64,000 bases of DNA, from assembly GCA_965267575.1 (NCBI GenBank), contig OZ254086.1, positions 2,784,001-2,848,000 of the forward strand, given 5' to 3'. The stretch is from Calditrichales bacterium (GTDB taxonomy: Bacteria > Calditrichota > Calditrichia > Calditrichales > J004). This document shows positions 20,054-29,090 of the stretch, in pieces. The notes under the pieces are model-generated. The model had not been told where the DNA came from. It ran no database searches and saw only the letters and a list, made by a program, of their open reading frames with translations. A program made the translations under genes and the position numbers. How positions within the stretch are numbered: position 1 is the first letter of the stretch; every line of letters begins with the position of its first letter.

Positions 20054-21295
20054 ATGCCCGAAAACAATCCATCCCCGCGAAAGCCGGTTCCACTTCTGCC
20101 GATCCTGGTCGTTAATTTTATCGGCGCGCTGGGTCTCAGCATCGTTCTGCCGTTCCTTGTTTTCCTGGTGGAAGATTTTGGCGGCAACGCATTTATATAT
20201 GGTATTGCCGGCGCCATGTACCCCTTTTTTCAGCTTATCGGTTCGCCGCTGCTTGGCCGCTGGAGTGACCGTGTCGGCCGCCGCAAAATCCTGATGATCA
20301 GTCACAGCGGTACCGTACTCTCGTGGATTGTGTTCAGCATCGCGTTGTTTCTGCCCGTGCAGCCGCTTTTTGAATTCAGCCATACTTTAACCGGTTCGTT
20401 CAGCGTTTCCTGGCCGCTGATCATTCTGCTTGTTGCCCGCGGCTTTGATGGTTTGACCGGTGGCAATGTGGCGGTTGCCAACGCCTATCTGGCCGATATC
20501 TCCAGCGAGAAAAAACGCAACGAAAACTTTGGCAAGATGGGCATTGCTTCCAACACGGGCTTTATCATCGGGCCGGCGCTGGCCGGTTTGATGGGCGCCA
20601 TAGGTTATGGCAAAACGCTGCCTGTTTTTGCCGCGCTGATCGTTTCACTGGTGGGTCTGGCCCTTATCCTGTTCTACCTGCCGGAGTCGAAGGACGGCAG
20701 CGATACCGCGGATGATTCGCCGAATGGTAATCATAAGGTGCGTTTGCGAGATCTGCCGAATATCCCGCTGTTGCTGCTTATCTATTTCCTGGTGTTTCTG
20801 GGATTCAATTTTTTCTACACGGCTTTTCCCGTGCATGCCGCGCAGGGGCTTTCCTGGTCGGTGACCGAAACGGGTCTCTTTTTTACGCTGCTCAGCGCGC
20901 TGATGGTGATTGTGCAAGGGCCCATCCTTAAACGGCTTTCTGCAGTCTTCAACGAGGTGTGGCTGGTGGTGGCAGGTGGTTTTATTCTTGGTACCAATTT
21001 CCTGCTTTACCTGCCGGAGGCGCTTTTCTGGACTTACGCGGCAACGGCATTTTTCGCTTTGGGCAATGGCATCATGTGGCCGTCGCTGCAATCGTGCCTT
21101 TCCAAAATGGCCGGAAAACATCAGGGGCTGGTGCAGGGTTTCGCGGGCAGCATGACCGGCGGCGCCAGTATCGCCGGGCTGATTGCCGGGGGCTTTTTGT
21201 ATGGCATCATCGGCGTGCAGGTTTTTATCTTCTCTGCGGGATTGATGTATATTTCGGCCTTGCTGTCGCTGCGCGCAAACCGATCCCGGCTGTAA
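20054..21295 (+). CDS. MFS transporter, TetA/DHA1-like
   Basis: Motif A GRWSDRVGRR, motif C GFIIGPALAG, about 12 TM. Confidence 0.9.
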   Translation: MPENNPSPRKPVPLLPILVVNFIGALGLSIVLPFLVFLVEDFGGNAFIYGIAGAMYPFFQLIGSPLLGRWSDRVGRRKILMISHSGTVLSWIVFSIALFLPVQPLFEFSHTLTGSFSVSWPLIILLVARGFDGLTGGNVAVANAYLADISSEKKRNENFGKMGIASNTGFIIGPALAGLMGAIGYGKTLPVFAALIVSLVGLALILFYLPESKDGSDTADDSPNGNHKVRLRDLPNIPLLLLIYFLVFLGFNFFYTAFPVHAAQGLSWSVTETGLFFTLLSALMVIVQGPILKRLSAVFNEVWLVVAGGFILGTNFLLYLPEALFWTYAATAFFALGNGIMWPSLQSCLSKMAGKHQGLVQGFAGSMTGGASIAGLIAGGFLYGIIGVQVFIFSAGLMYISALLSLRANRSRL

Positions 21296-21427
21296 CGTGC
21301 CCGGGAAAGCTATAGACCCTTATCCGGCGTTTTTACAATCAAACCACATATTTTTGCAAGAAATGGCGGCAACGATTGTCTATTTTAGTGAATGACGCCT
21401 AATAAAGGACAATGGAGGAAACGCCGT

Positions 21428-21982
21428 TTGGCCAATGAAAGCCGCACTGCCTTGAGATTTGAAGACGTCTATGCCGAAACGGCGTCGATGGTGCTGAACC
21501 TGGCTTTCCGCATGACCGGCAGCCAGGACGTGGCGCAGGACCTGACACAGGATGTGTTCATCAAAGTTTATAAAAATTTGGGAGAATTCCGCGAGCAGGC
21601 GCAGGTCTCGACATGGGTTTACCGTATTGCCATGAACCATATAATCAATTGGGTGAAACGCGAAAAGCGGATGCGCTTTTTTTCAACCCTGGAGAAAGAT
21701 GTAAAAGAGGCCGAAACGGAAAGCAGCTGGCTGGAAGAGAATACACCGCAGAGCCCATCAAAGCAGCTTGAAGAGCATGAGAAAGAGGTCATCATCCGAA
21801 AAATGATAGATAGACTGTCGCCAAAATACCGGCTGCCGCTGCTGCTTTACCGTTACGAGGATTTGAGTTACAAAGAGATAGCCGGGCAGATGGACCTGAG
21901 CCTTAGCGCGGTGGAAGCTCGGATTCACCGGGCACGAAAAAAACTGAAAGAATACCTGAAACCCTGGCTGGAGTATTTTTAG
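21428..21982 (+). CDS. ECF sigma-70 factor
   Basis: AQDLTQDVFIK, STWVYRIAMN, LSYKEIA and VEARIHRAR; TTG 21428 follows GGAGG (alternative ATG 21392). Confidence 0.92.
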   Translation: MANESRTALRFEDVYAETASMVLNLAFRMTGSQDVAQDLTQDVFIKVYKNLGEFREQAQVSTWVYRIAMNHIINWVKREKRMRFFSTLEKDVKEAETESSWLEENTPQSPSKQLEEHEKEVIIRKMIDRLSPKYRLPLLLYRYEDLSYKEIAGQMDLSLSAVEARIHRARKKLKEYLKPWLEYF

Positions 21983-21992
21983 CGAGGAAAGA

Positions 21993-22331
21993 ATGATGAA
22001 AGAAAACAAACTGGATAAACTGTTACAGGAACGGGCGCAATCGCCAATGCCCGAACTACAGCCGCAGCCGTTTTTAGCCACGCGCATAGCGGCACTGGCC
22101 GAAGAGCAGCCGGCGAAGAATTACAGCCTGCCCTGGTACCAGTGGTCGTTTGCGTCGCTGCTGGCGGTGGTAGCTTTTGTGGCGGGCATCTATCTGGGTA
22201 ACGCGCTGCAAAGTCCGGCGCAGCAAAGCGAGGATATCTGGCAAACCTACAGCGAAGCGCTGACACCTAATAGTGTTGCAGATTCCTTTTACGGCGTAAA
22301 TCTGCAGGAAGAAGGAGAGAACGATCAATGA
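21993..22331 (+). CDS. Putative single-TM anti-sigma factor
   Basis: Directly downstream of the ECF gene; P.PFLATRI motif followed by one TM. Confidence 0.65.
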   Translation: MMKENKLDKLLQERAQSPMPELQPQPFLATRIAALAEEQPAKNYSLPWYQWSFASLLAVVAFVAGIYLGNALQSPAQQSEDIWQTYSEALTPNSVADSFYGVNLQEEGENDQ

Positions 22332-22849
22332 AAGTTAAGGTACTGTACATTATTTTGATCATCTCGATTGCGCTGAACCTGGCTGTAATCGGCAGTGTGC
22401 TCTACAACCGCTGGACGCGTCCGGATTTTCCGCCGATGGGTTTTGACGGTCCGCCGGGCATGATGCTGGACCACGAGCAGCGCCGGGAACTGCGCGAGAC
22501 GATGCGCGGCTTTATGCAACGCAACCGCGCCATGATGCATGAGCTGTCGGGCTATGAGAGCGCGTTGTTTGAAGCTTTGTACGAATCGGACAGCGTAAGA
22601 GCGGCCGCCCTGCTGGATACAATCGCGCAAATGCGAAAAGAACAGAGCGAAAATGCCATAAAACATTTTTTTGAAGTACGAAAAAACTTATCCCCGGAAC
22701 AATCACGGGCGCTGCTGGATATGATTGTGCGTCAGCGTCCCGGACGGCATGGGCGCGGCCCGGCATTTGACCGCGACAGGCCGGGACCGGGGAGACGTTT
22801 TCAGCAAGATTTCAGAGATGCGCGTCCTGATAGTGAAAGAGTAGAATAA
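22328..22849 (+). CDS. Spy/CpxP/ZraP-like periplasmic heavy-metal sensor protein
   Basis: SIALN after the TM; helical; LSPEQ (LTxEQ-type) motif; G/P/M/R-rich flanks. Confidence 0.8.
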   Translation: MKVKVLYIILIISIALNLAVIGSVLYNRWTRPDFPPMGFDGPPGMMLDHEQRRELRETMRGFMQRNRAMMHELSGYESALFEALYESDSVRAAALLDTIAQMRKEQSENAIKHFFEVRKNLSPEQSRALLDMIVRQRPGRHGRGPAFDRDRPGPGRRFQQDFRDARPDSERVE

Positions 22850-22863
22850 AAAAAGGAGGAGTA

Positions 22864-23889
22864 ATGATACGACTAATTGCCGCACTGGCCATGCTCTCGA
22901 TTGTTGCCTGGTCCTGCCAGGATTCGGGCTCCGAGCCGCAGCAGCAAACCAACCTGGACTATGATGAATTATCGCTGGTGCAAAACGTGGATGACGAACT
23001 GGCCATCCTCAAGCAGGGCCATCCCCATTTTGGGCTGGACAGCAGCGATGTGCAACTGATGCTTTCATGGGACCGCATGCCGCTGCCCGTAATGGGCGAT
23101 ATGCTGATGGGTCACGCGACGGTGATCGCTTTTGACGAGAATGATGACAGTGAAAGGCCCTTTATGCGCTTTGGCGGGCTGGACATGGGTGATGTAACCC
23201 TTGAGACGCCGGATGGCGTTATCGAGCTTCATGCCATCGGCGGCCATGGCGGCGGAACGATTTACAATATTTTTCCGGGTTTTGGTCGCAGCGGCCCGGG
23301 ACCCCGTGGCCCGTTCGGACAATTCGGCCCGGTCAGTACAGTGCCTTTTGCTGAAAGCGGCACCTACACCGTTAACGCAACGGGCAGCGAAGAATTTGAT
23401 CCGATTGCTTTTTCGGTAACGGCCCCGACTGCTTTGCTGACCATCGACAGCAGCGCTTTGGACTGGACGCCGGGCGAAGATCTGCAGCTGACCTGGAGCG
23501 GCGCGGATGCCGATGCCAATATCATCATCGCCGTCCGACCGGCGCCGGCATTTCATAACATATCGCGCGATTCGATCGGGCACCGCATTGGGCGTGATGG
23601 CCCCCGCGGAAGAAGAAGCTTTCCGATTGCGCCGCAGCGTTTTGCCGAGATATTCAATAACGCCCGATTTCACTTTACCCCAGGGTTGCATTTTGTGACG
23701 CACCTGGATGAGAACACGGGCAGTTATACCATTCCAGCAGACAGCCTGCAGGCACTGGTAGATGCCGAGGGTGACGCGCTTATGTTGCATATTTCGGCCA
23801 TCGACTGGAACGATGTGTCGGTGGATGAGCGGCTGGTAAACGCCATAATACGCATGCAGGACAGGGCGATCCTGTTTGAAGAAGAGTAA
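22864..23889 (+). CDS. Hypothetical lipoprotein
   Basis: Lipobox AWSC; AAGGAGG RBS; last gene of the ECF operon. Confidence 0.75.
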   Translation: MIRLIAALAMLSIVAWSCQDSGSEPQQQTNLDYDELSLVQNVDDELAILKQGHPHFGLDSSDVQLMLSWDRMPLPVMGDMLMGHATVIAFDENDDSERPFMRFGGLDMGDVTLETPDGVIELHAIGGHGGGTIYNIFPGFGRSGPGPRGPFGQFGPVSTVPFAESGTYTVNATGSEEFDPIAFSVTAPTALLTIDSSALDWTPGEDLQLTWSGADADANIIIAVRPAPAFHNISRDSIGHRIGRDGPRGRRSFPIAPQRFAEIFNNARFHFTPGLHFVTHLDENTGSYTIPADSLQALVDAEGDALMLHISAIDWNDVSVDERLVNAIIRMQDRAILFEEE

Positions 23890-23912
23890 GCACATTCCCG
23901 CCTAGTAATCTT

Positions 23913-23947
23913 AAAAAGCCCCGGTCAGCCCATTGCCCGGGGTTTTT
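23913..23947 (+). terminator. Rho-independent terminator
   Basis: AAAAAGCCCCGG...CCGGGGTTTTT hairpin. Confidence 0.7.
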
Positions 23948-23954
23948 ATTTTGG

Positions 23955-24010
23955 TCAATTTCCAAATCCACTAATTCAATAATTCGGTAACTCAACAATT
24001 CAGTAATTCA
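23955..24010. repeat. Degenerate 8-mer tandem repeat, 7 units (consensus nnAATTCA)
   Basis: tcaatttc caaatcca ctaattca ataattcg gtaactca acaattca gtaattca. Confidence 0.7.
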
Positions 24011-24094
24011 TTCACGATTCCATCCCTCCCCTTTGACCGTAAAAGTGTGGCGCTTTAAATTAGGCGTTCTTGCTCACTCTTAAAGGAGTCTTAT

Positions 24095-25882
24095 ATGCGT
24101 ATTACTTTAGTATCTCTCGGATTAGTCGTTCTGTTTTTGGCCTGTACACCGGATGCCCGTTATCAGAAAGACGCGCAGGCATTTCTGGATTCATATACGG
24201 ATGAGTATATCTCGCTCTATTACGAAGCAGCCAAAGCGGAATGGCGCGCCAACACCTATATCGTGGAGGGTGATACGGCCACGCAGAATGCCGTGCAGCA
24301 GGCCAATGAGGCCCTGGCCGCCTTCTCCGGAAGCAAGGAAAATATTGACATGGCGCGCAGCTACCTGGAAAATGAAATGAAGCTTACACCGCTGCAGGTG
24401 AAGCAGTTTAAAGCCATCCTGTACGCCGCGGCCAACAACCCGCAAACCGTCCCGGACCTGGTGAAAGATCGCATTAAAGCCGAGGCCAAACAGACAGAAA
24501 CACTGTACGGCTTTGATTTTACTATTGACGGGAAATCTGTCTCTACTAACGATATTGACCAGATCCTTGTGGATGAAAACGATCTGGATAAGCGCCTGGC
24601 CGCGTGGCAGAGCAGCAAAGAAGTGGGCAAAAAACTGAAACCGGGTTTGACCAATCTGCAGAAGCTGCGCAACAAAACCGTGCAAGCCCTCGGTTACGAT
24701 GACTACTTCAGCTACCAGGTTTCGGAATATGAAATGAGCACGCAGGAGATGCTGGAATTGAATCACCGGTTGATCGAAGAAGTGATGCCGCTATATCGCG
24801 AGTTGCACACCTGGGCGCGCTACGAGCTGGCCGAAAAGTATGGCGCCGATGAGGTGCCCGAATATCTGCCGGCGCACTGGCTGCCCAACCGCTGGGGCCA
24901 GGACTGGGCCTCGCTGGTCACGGTTGAGGGTATTGACCTTGACGGTGTTTTGAAAACGAAAGAACCGAGCTGGCTGGTGGAACAGGCCGAACGCTTTTAC
25001 ATCAGCCTGGGGTTGGAGGAACTGCCACAGAGTTTTTGGGAGAGATCCAGCCTCTACCCGTTGCCGGACACGGTGGACTACAAAAAGAACAACCATGCCT
25101 CGGCCTGGCACATGGACCTGCAAAACGACATCCGTTGCCTGATGAGCGTGGTACCCAACGAGCGCTGGTACGAAACCACACACCACGAACTGGGCCATAT
25201 CTATTATTATATCCTCTACACCAACCCCGATGTACCGCCACTGTTACGCGGCGGGGCCAACCGCGCTTTCCATGAGGCCGTGGGCAGCATGCTGGGCCTG
25301 GCCGCCATGCAAAAACCGTTTCTGCAGCACCTGGAACTGATCGGAGAGGATGTAGAGACCGACGAGATGAAAACGCTGCTGAAAGAAGCGCTCAATTACA
25401 TCGTTTTCATCCCTTGGTCGGCCGGTGTGATGACCGATTTTGAACATGAGCTTTATGCCAACACATTGTCTCAAGAGCAATACAACGCCAAATGGTGGGA
25501 ACTGAAGAAGAAGCACCAGGGCATTGTTCCGCCCATGGAACGTGGCGCGGAATTTTGCGACGCCGCTTCCAAAACGCATATCAACAACGATGCCGCCCAG
25601 TATTATGATTACGCGCTGAGCTATGTGCTGCTGTTCCAGTTGCACGATCACATTGCAACCAACATCCTGCAGCAGGATCCGCACGCCACCAACTACTACG
25701 GCAGCAAAGAGGTGGGGCAGTTCCTGTCGCAAATACTGTCACCGGGCGCCAGCGTCGATTGGCGCAAGCTGATGCAGAACACGCTCAACGAAGAGATCAG
25801 CGCCAAAGCCATGCTGGAATACTTCCAGCCGCTGATGGACTACCTGAAGGAGCAGAACCAGGGCCGCGAACACACGATATAG
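24095..25882 (+). CDS. M2-family zinc peptidase (ACE-like peptidyl-dipeptidase A), lipoprotein
   Basis: HHELGH zinc motif, GANRAFHEAVG third ligand region, HASAW; lipobox FLAC. Confidence 0.92.
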   Translation: MRITLVSLGLVVLFLACTPDARYQKDAQAFLDSYTDEYISLYYEAAKAEWRANTYIVEGDTATQNAVQQANEALAAFSGSKENIDMARSYLENEMKLTPLQVKQFKAILYAAANNPQTVPDLVKDRIKAEAKQTETLYGFDFTIDGKSVSTNDIDQILVDENDLDKRLAAWQSSKEVGKKLKPGLTNLQKLRNKTVQALGYDDYFSYQVSEYEMSTQEMLELNHRLIEEVMPLYRELHTWARYELAEKYGADEVPEYLPAHWLPNRWGQDWASLVTVEGIDLDGVLKTKEPSWLVEQAERFYISLGLEELPQSFWERSSLYPLPDTVDYKKNNHASAWHMDLQNDIRCLMSVVPNERWYETTHHELGHIYYYILYTNPDVPPLLRGGANRAFHEAVGSMLGLAAMQKPFLQHLELIGEDVETDEMKTLLKEALNYIVFIPWSAGVMTDFEHELYANTLSQEQYNAKWWELKKKHQGIVPPMERGAEFCDAASKTHINNDAAQYYDYALSYVLLFQLHDHIATNILQQDPHATNYYGSKEVGQFLSQILSPGASVDWRKLMQNTLNEEISAKAMLEYFQPLMDYLKEQNQGREHTI

Positions 25883-25883
25883 C

Positions 25884-25915
25884 GTGCTAAAGTGTTAGGG
25901 TGTTAAGGTGTTAAT
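25884..25915 (+). repeat. 8-mer tandem repeat GTGTTAnn, 4 units
   Basis: gtgctaaa gtgttagg gtgttaag gtgttaat directly after the stop codon. Confidence 0.75.
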
Positions 25916-25947
25916 GTAGGGGCGCATTTCGATGCGCCCCTTTTTTT
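25916..25947 (+). terminator. GTAG-type REP-like palindrome that also has terminator form
   Basis: GTAGGGGCGCAT-TTCG-ATGCGCCCCT followed by a T run, between convergent genes. Confidence 0.7.
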
Positions 25948-25962
25948 ATCATGCAGATTACG

Positions 25963-26733
25963 CTATTCCAGTATCTCAATAATCCTTTTCACAGAACGCA
26001 TTTCTCCCAGGCGAATTAGTAGTAAAACTAACTGAAGCCATAGTCCCGGGCCCAGCATTAATTGTCCTACTTTCGCAATGTCGCGGTCCAGGGCAATAAT
26101 CCTGGCTGTCCTTTGTTCGGAAGTAAGAGGATGGAGTTGTGTCGCTACTTTCCAGGCTTGGCCGCGGGTAAACTTCATGGCCAGGTCGGCCAGTGATTCA
26201 TCAAACCTGCCGGCCATGCGGTCGATGATTTTAAGCAAGGGCCAAACCTGCGCCAATTCCTTTTGCACCTCGTCCACCAGGCTTGCCAAAATGTTGTTTA
26301 TTTTGTTGAAATCATTTTTGAGGGCGTTGAGATTCGCCTGATGCGCCGTCTCCGCCGCGGCAATGCCCAGGTCAAGATCGATATGCGCGTTCATGCCCAG
26401 CAACAAATGTTGCAAAACGATCGGCCGCCAACGAACACTATTATCAAAAGCCAGACGCCAGCAGTGGGTGGTTTCTTGTCCGGCGTAGTAGAAATCAAAA
26501 GCCTGCAGATAGCGGTTGGCAAAAATGACGTCCAGCTTTTCCATACGCGGCCCGTCTTCAAATTCGCCATTGGCAATGCCTTCTTTTACGCGGATGGTCA
26601 CCTTGCGATAGAGCGCGGCAAAGTAGCCACAGCGGCTTTTATTTAGCTTGGACCACTTAACGATGTCGGTGAGCATGCGTATGGCTTCGTCTATGCTTGT
26701 GGCATTCAGGTTAGTTGGGGTGGGGGATTGCAT
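25963..26733 (-). CDS. DUF5995 family protein
   Basis: GYFAALY..VT, FANRY, LLGMNAHI..DL and DF.KIN.IL motifs. Confidence 0.8.
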   Translation of the reverse strand: MQSPTPTNLNATSIDEAIRMLTDIVKWSKLNKSRCGYFAALYRKVTIRVKEGIANGEFEDGPRMEKLDVIFANRYLQAFDFYYAGQETTHCWRLAFDNSVRWRPIVLQHLLLGMNAHIDLDLGIAAAETAHQANLNALKNDFNKINNILASLVDEVQKELAQVWPLLKIIDRMAGRFDESLADLAMKFTRGQAWKVATQLHPLTSEQRTARIIALDRDIAKVGQLMLGPGLWLQLVLLLIRLGEMRSVKRIIEILE

Positions 26734-26812
26734 TATGGGGTTATATGATTTTGTTGGACGGAAATGATGAGCAAACGTAGTTTTAACAGATAACGTGTTC
26801 TCTCGCAAGTTC

Positions 26813-27226
26813 TTATTTATTTGTCTGTGACGCAAAAAGCTTGATTGGTAAAAAGCTTTTGAAACTTAAAAAATCTTTATCCTGGGTGAAAATTTCAAGA
26901 TCATTGTTTACTGCCGTCGAGCAGATAAGAAAATCGGTATTGGAGCCTTGAATGCCATTTTTCCTGCATATGTTAAAAAATGAAGCAGCCTGTTCATAAT
27001 CCTCACTTCTAATATCTAGATCCGGAAAAAACGAAAGATACTGTTTTAATTCATTAAATTGCTTTTGAGATTTGATACCGGAAAGTATCTCTTGCCTGAC
27101 AGGACCGATCATTTGTACACGGGCGTCCTTAATAATTTCAGATAGCTTTTTCTTAATCTCTTGGTTCTGATCTAACCCTCTACGCAAGGCCAATGACCAG
27201 ATGGATGTATCAACAAGAATTTTCAT
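26813..27226 (-). CDS. vapC: PIN-domain toxin VapC
   Basis: ILVDTSIW, QEILSG, DFLI and IFTQDKDF acidic PIN residues. Confidence 0.9.
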   Translation of the reverse strand: MKILVDTSIWSLALRRGLDQNQEIKKKLSEIIKDARVQMIGPVRQEILSGIKSQKQFNELKQYLSFFPDLDIRSEDYEQAASFFNICRKNGIQGSNTDFLICSTAVNNDLEIFTQDKDFLSFKSFLPIKLFASQTNK

Positions 27227-27423
27227 TCTTTATTTCGCTGATCCTTATAGCTATAGCTCTCTTCGTATTCAACAGAACCAAACATTTTTATAATCTGCTG
27301 CTGTTTTCTGCGCTGAATATATTCTTGTAAAGCTTCCGTTACAGCTGCCTTTTTGGTCTTATGTTTGCCCACCTTTTTGGCCGCTTCAAGCAAGGCATCG
27401 TCAATTGCTAGATTGGATGGCAT
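27223..27423 (-). CDS. vapB: VapB antitoxin (DUF2191-like, RHH)
   Basis: SNLAIDDALL..A...G..KTKKAAV.EAL.EY; overlaps the vapC start. Confidence 0.88.
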   Translation of the reverse strand: MPSNLAIDDALLEAAKKVGKHKTKKAAVTEALQEYIQRRKQQQIIKMFGSVEYEESYSYKDQRNKE

Positions 27424-27454
27424 AACTTTCTCCTCCACGTAAACTTCGTAATTT

Positions 27455-27475
27455 TACACACTAATTTGTGTGGTA
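27455..27475. promoter_or_regulatory. Putative TA autoregulatory operator
   Basis: Inverted repeat CACAC-TAATTT-GTGTG upstream of vapB. Confidence 0.45.
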
Positions 27476-27514
27476 GCAAGTGTAGGAATGTAAAGATTAA
27501 TCTATCCCCAACAT

Positions 27515-28123
27515 TTACTTCTGTTGCGAAAGACTCAGCGTCTGAATCAATTCTTCGGCGGGGGCGGCCTCAGCAGGACTCACATTGTCGGCGTAGGTTT
27601 GCAGGCAATCGATGGCCTTGTCGTACTCTTCGCTAAGGGCGTGCACCAAACCCAGGTTAAAGTGGATGTTTGGGTCTTCCGGTTCAATTTCGATGGCGGT
27701 TTGGTAATGCAGTCGGGCCAGGTGCAGGTTGCCGTTGTCAAAATAGAGGTTGGCCAGGTTAAAGTGCGCCTCATAGTGGCGTGGTTCGCGCACAAGGGCT
27801 TGGGTGAAGCAATCGATGGCTTTGCTGCTGTCGCCGTTGTTGGCGTGGATAATGCCCAGGTTGCAGTAGGCGTCGGCGACGCAATCTTCCTTGGCGATGG
27901 CTTTTTGGTACAGTTCGGCAGCACGGCTATCACCGCGTTCATCATGGAGCAGGGCGCTTTCGAATGGGCCACCGGGTTGGGCCATGGGCAAAATCTTCGG
28001 GCGCGGACGCTCGAACAGGTTCATCTGTCCTTTGCGCTCCATCAGGCCTTTTTTACCCTTGCGTGCCTTGCGGTGTCCCAGCCTCGCCGGGGGTGTCGTA
28101 TTTAGTTTAAATATCTTAGCCAT
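27515..28123 (-). CDS. Tetratricopeptide repeat protein
   Basis: AYCNLG, AHFNLA and IHFNLG TPR helices; basic N-terminal extension. Confidence 0.88.
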   Translation of the reverse strand: MAKIFKLNTTPPARLGHRKARKGKKGLMERKGQMNLFERPRPKILPMAQPGGPFESALLHDERGDSRAAELYQKAIAKEDCVADAYCNLGIIHANNGDSSKAIDCFTQALVREPRHYEAHFNLANLYFDNGNLHLARLHYQTAIEIEPEDPNIHFNLGLVHALSEEYDKAIDCLQTYADNVSPAEAAPAEELIQTLSLSQQK

Positions 28124-28130
28124 GAAGTAT

Positions 28131-28165
28131 TAATTTGTAATTCGTAATTCTCAATTCGTAATTGA
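28131..28165. repeat. 7-mer tandem repeat (TAATTCG-like), 5 units
   Basis: taatttg taattcg taattct caattcg taattga, filling the ku-TPR gap. Confidence 0.75.
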
Positions 28166-28166
28166 T

Positions 28167-29015
28167 TTATGCTGTTTTGCGCTTTTTCTGCGTACCCGAT
28201 TTGGCGGCAGCTTTTTTACCGGTGGCTTTTTTCATAGGCTTCTTCTCGGTTTTGGCCTGCTCGATGCTGGCCTTAAGCGCCGACATAATATCCACAACCG
28301 GTTGCTCTTCTTCTTCCACGGTCACGATCTCCTTACCTTCGATTTTGGCATCAATCATTTCGCGCAGGGCGTCGCCGTAGCGATCCTTCAGTTCGATATC
28401 GGCAAATTTCTTGCTCATCGAGTCGACCAGCGTTTGGGCCAGCTTCAGCTCTTCTTTCGGTGGCGTGGCATCATCCAGGTTGGGCATATCATTGATATCG
28501 CGGATCTCCTGCGGGTAACGCAGCTTATAAAGCATGATGCCGTTTTTCTCGGGAGAAATCAAAACGCTATCTTCACGTTCACGCAATACCACGCGGCCGA
28601 TGCCCAGCTTGCCGCTTTTCTTCAGCACCTCGCAGAGCAGGGCGTAGGGCTTGGAGGCCACGTCACCGTCGGGTCCGGCAAAGTAGGGCGTGTCATACAA
28701 CGTGGAATGCACCTCGCTGGCATCCACAAAACCCTCGATGTCAATCACCTTGGTGCTTTTAAGTTTCAGCTTTTCAAAATCTCCCTTTTCAACGATCACG
28801 AATTGCTCGGGCTCGTACTGGTAGCCTTTTACGATCTCGTCTTTGTCCAGCACTTCACCGCACTTTTTACATTTTTTTTGGTAGCCCACCTGACCGTTAC
28901 AATCCTTATGCAGCTGGTTAAAGCGGATAGTCTGGGCGTTATCGATCGCGCTGTAAACACGAATCGGGATTGTTACCAGCGAAAAACGAATATGACCTTT
29001 CCAAATGGCACGCAT
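28167..29015 (-). CDS. ku: NHEJ DNA end-binding protein Ku
   Basis: MRAIWKGHIRFSLV.IP, VKGYQY, VVDIMSALKASI and a basic tail. Confidence 0.95.
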   Translation of the reverse strand: MRAIWKGHIRFSLVTIPIRVYSAIDNAQTIRFNQLHKDCNGQVGYQKKCKKCGEVLDKDEIVKGYQYEPEQFVIVEKGDFEKLKLKSTKVIDIEGFVDASEVHSTLYDTPYFAGPDGDVASKPYALLCEVLKKSGKLGIGRVVLREREDSVLISPEKNGIMLYKLRYPQEIRDINDMPNLDDATPPKEELKLAQTLVDSMSKKFADIELKDRYGDALREMIDAKIEGKEIVTVEEEEQPVVDIMSALKASIEQAKTEKKPMKKATGKKAAAKSGTQKKRKTA

Positions 29016-29090
29016 GAGCACCTCCGGGTTTTGCGGGTGTTGGCGGCTAAGTCCGATAAAATCAACGGCTTATCCGCGATGGGACGTAAT

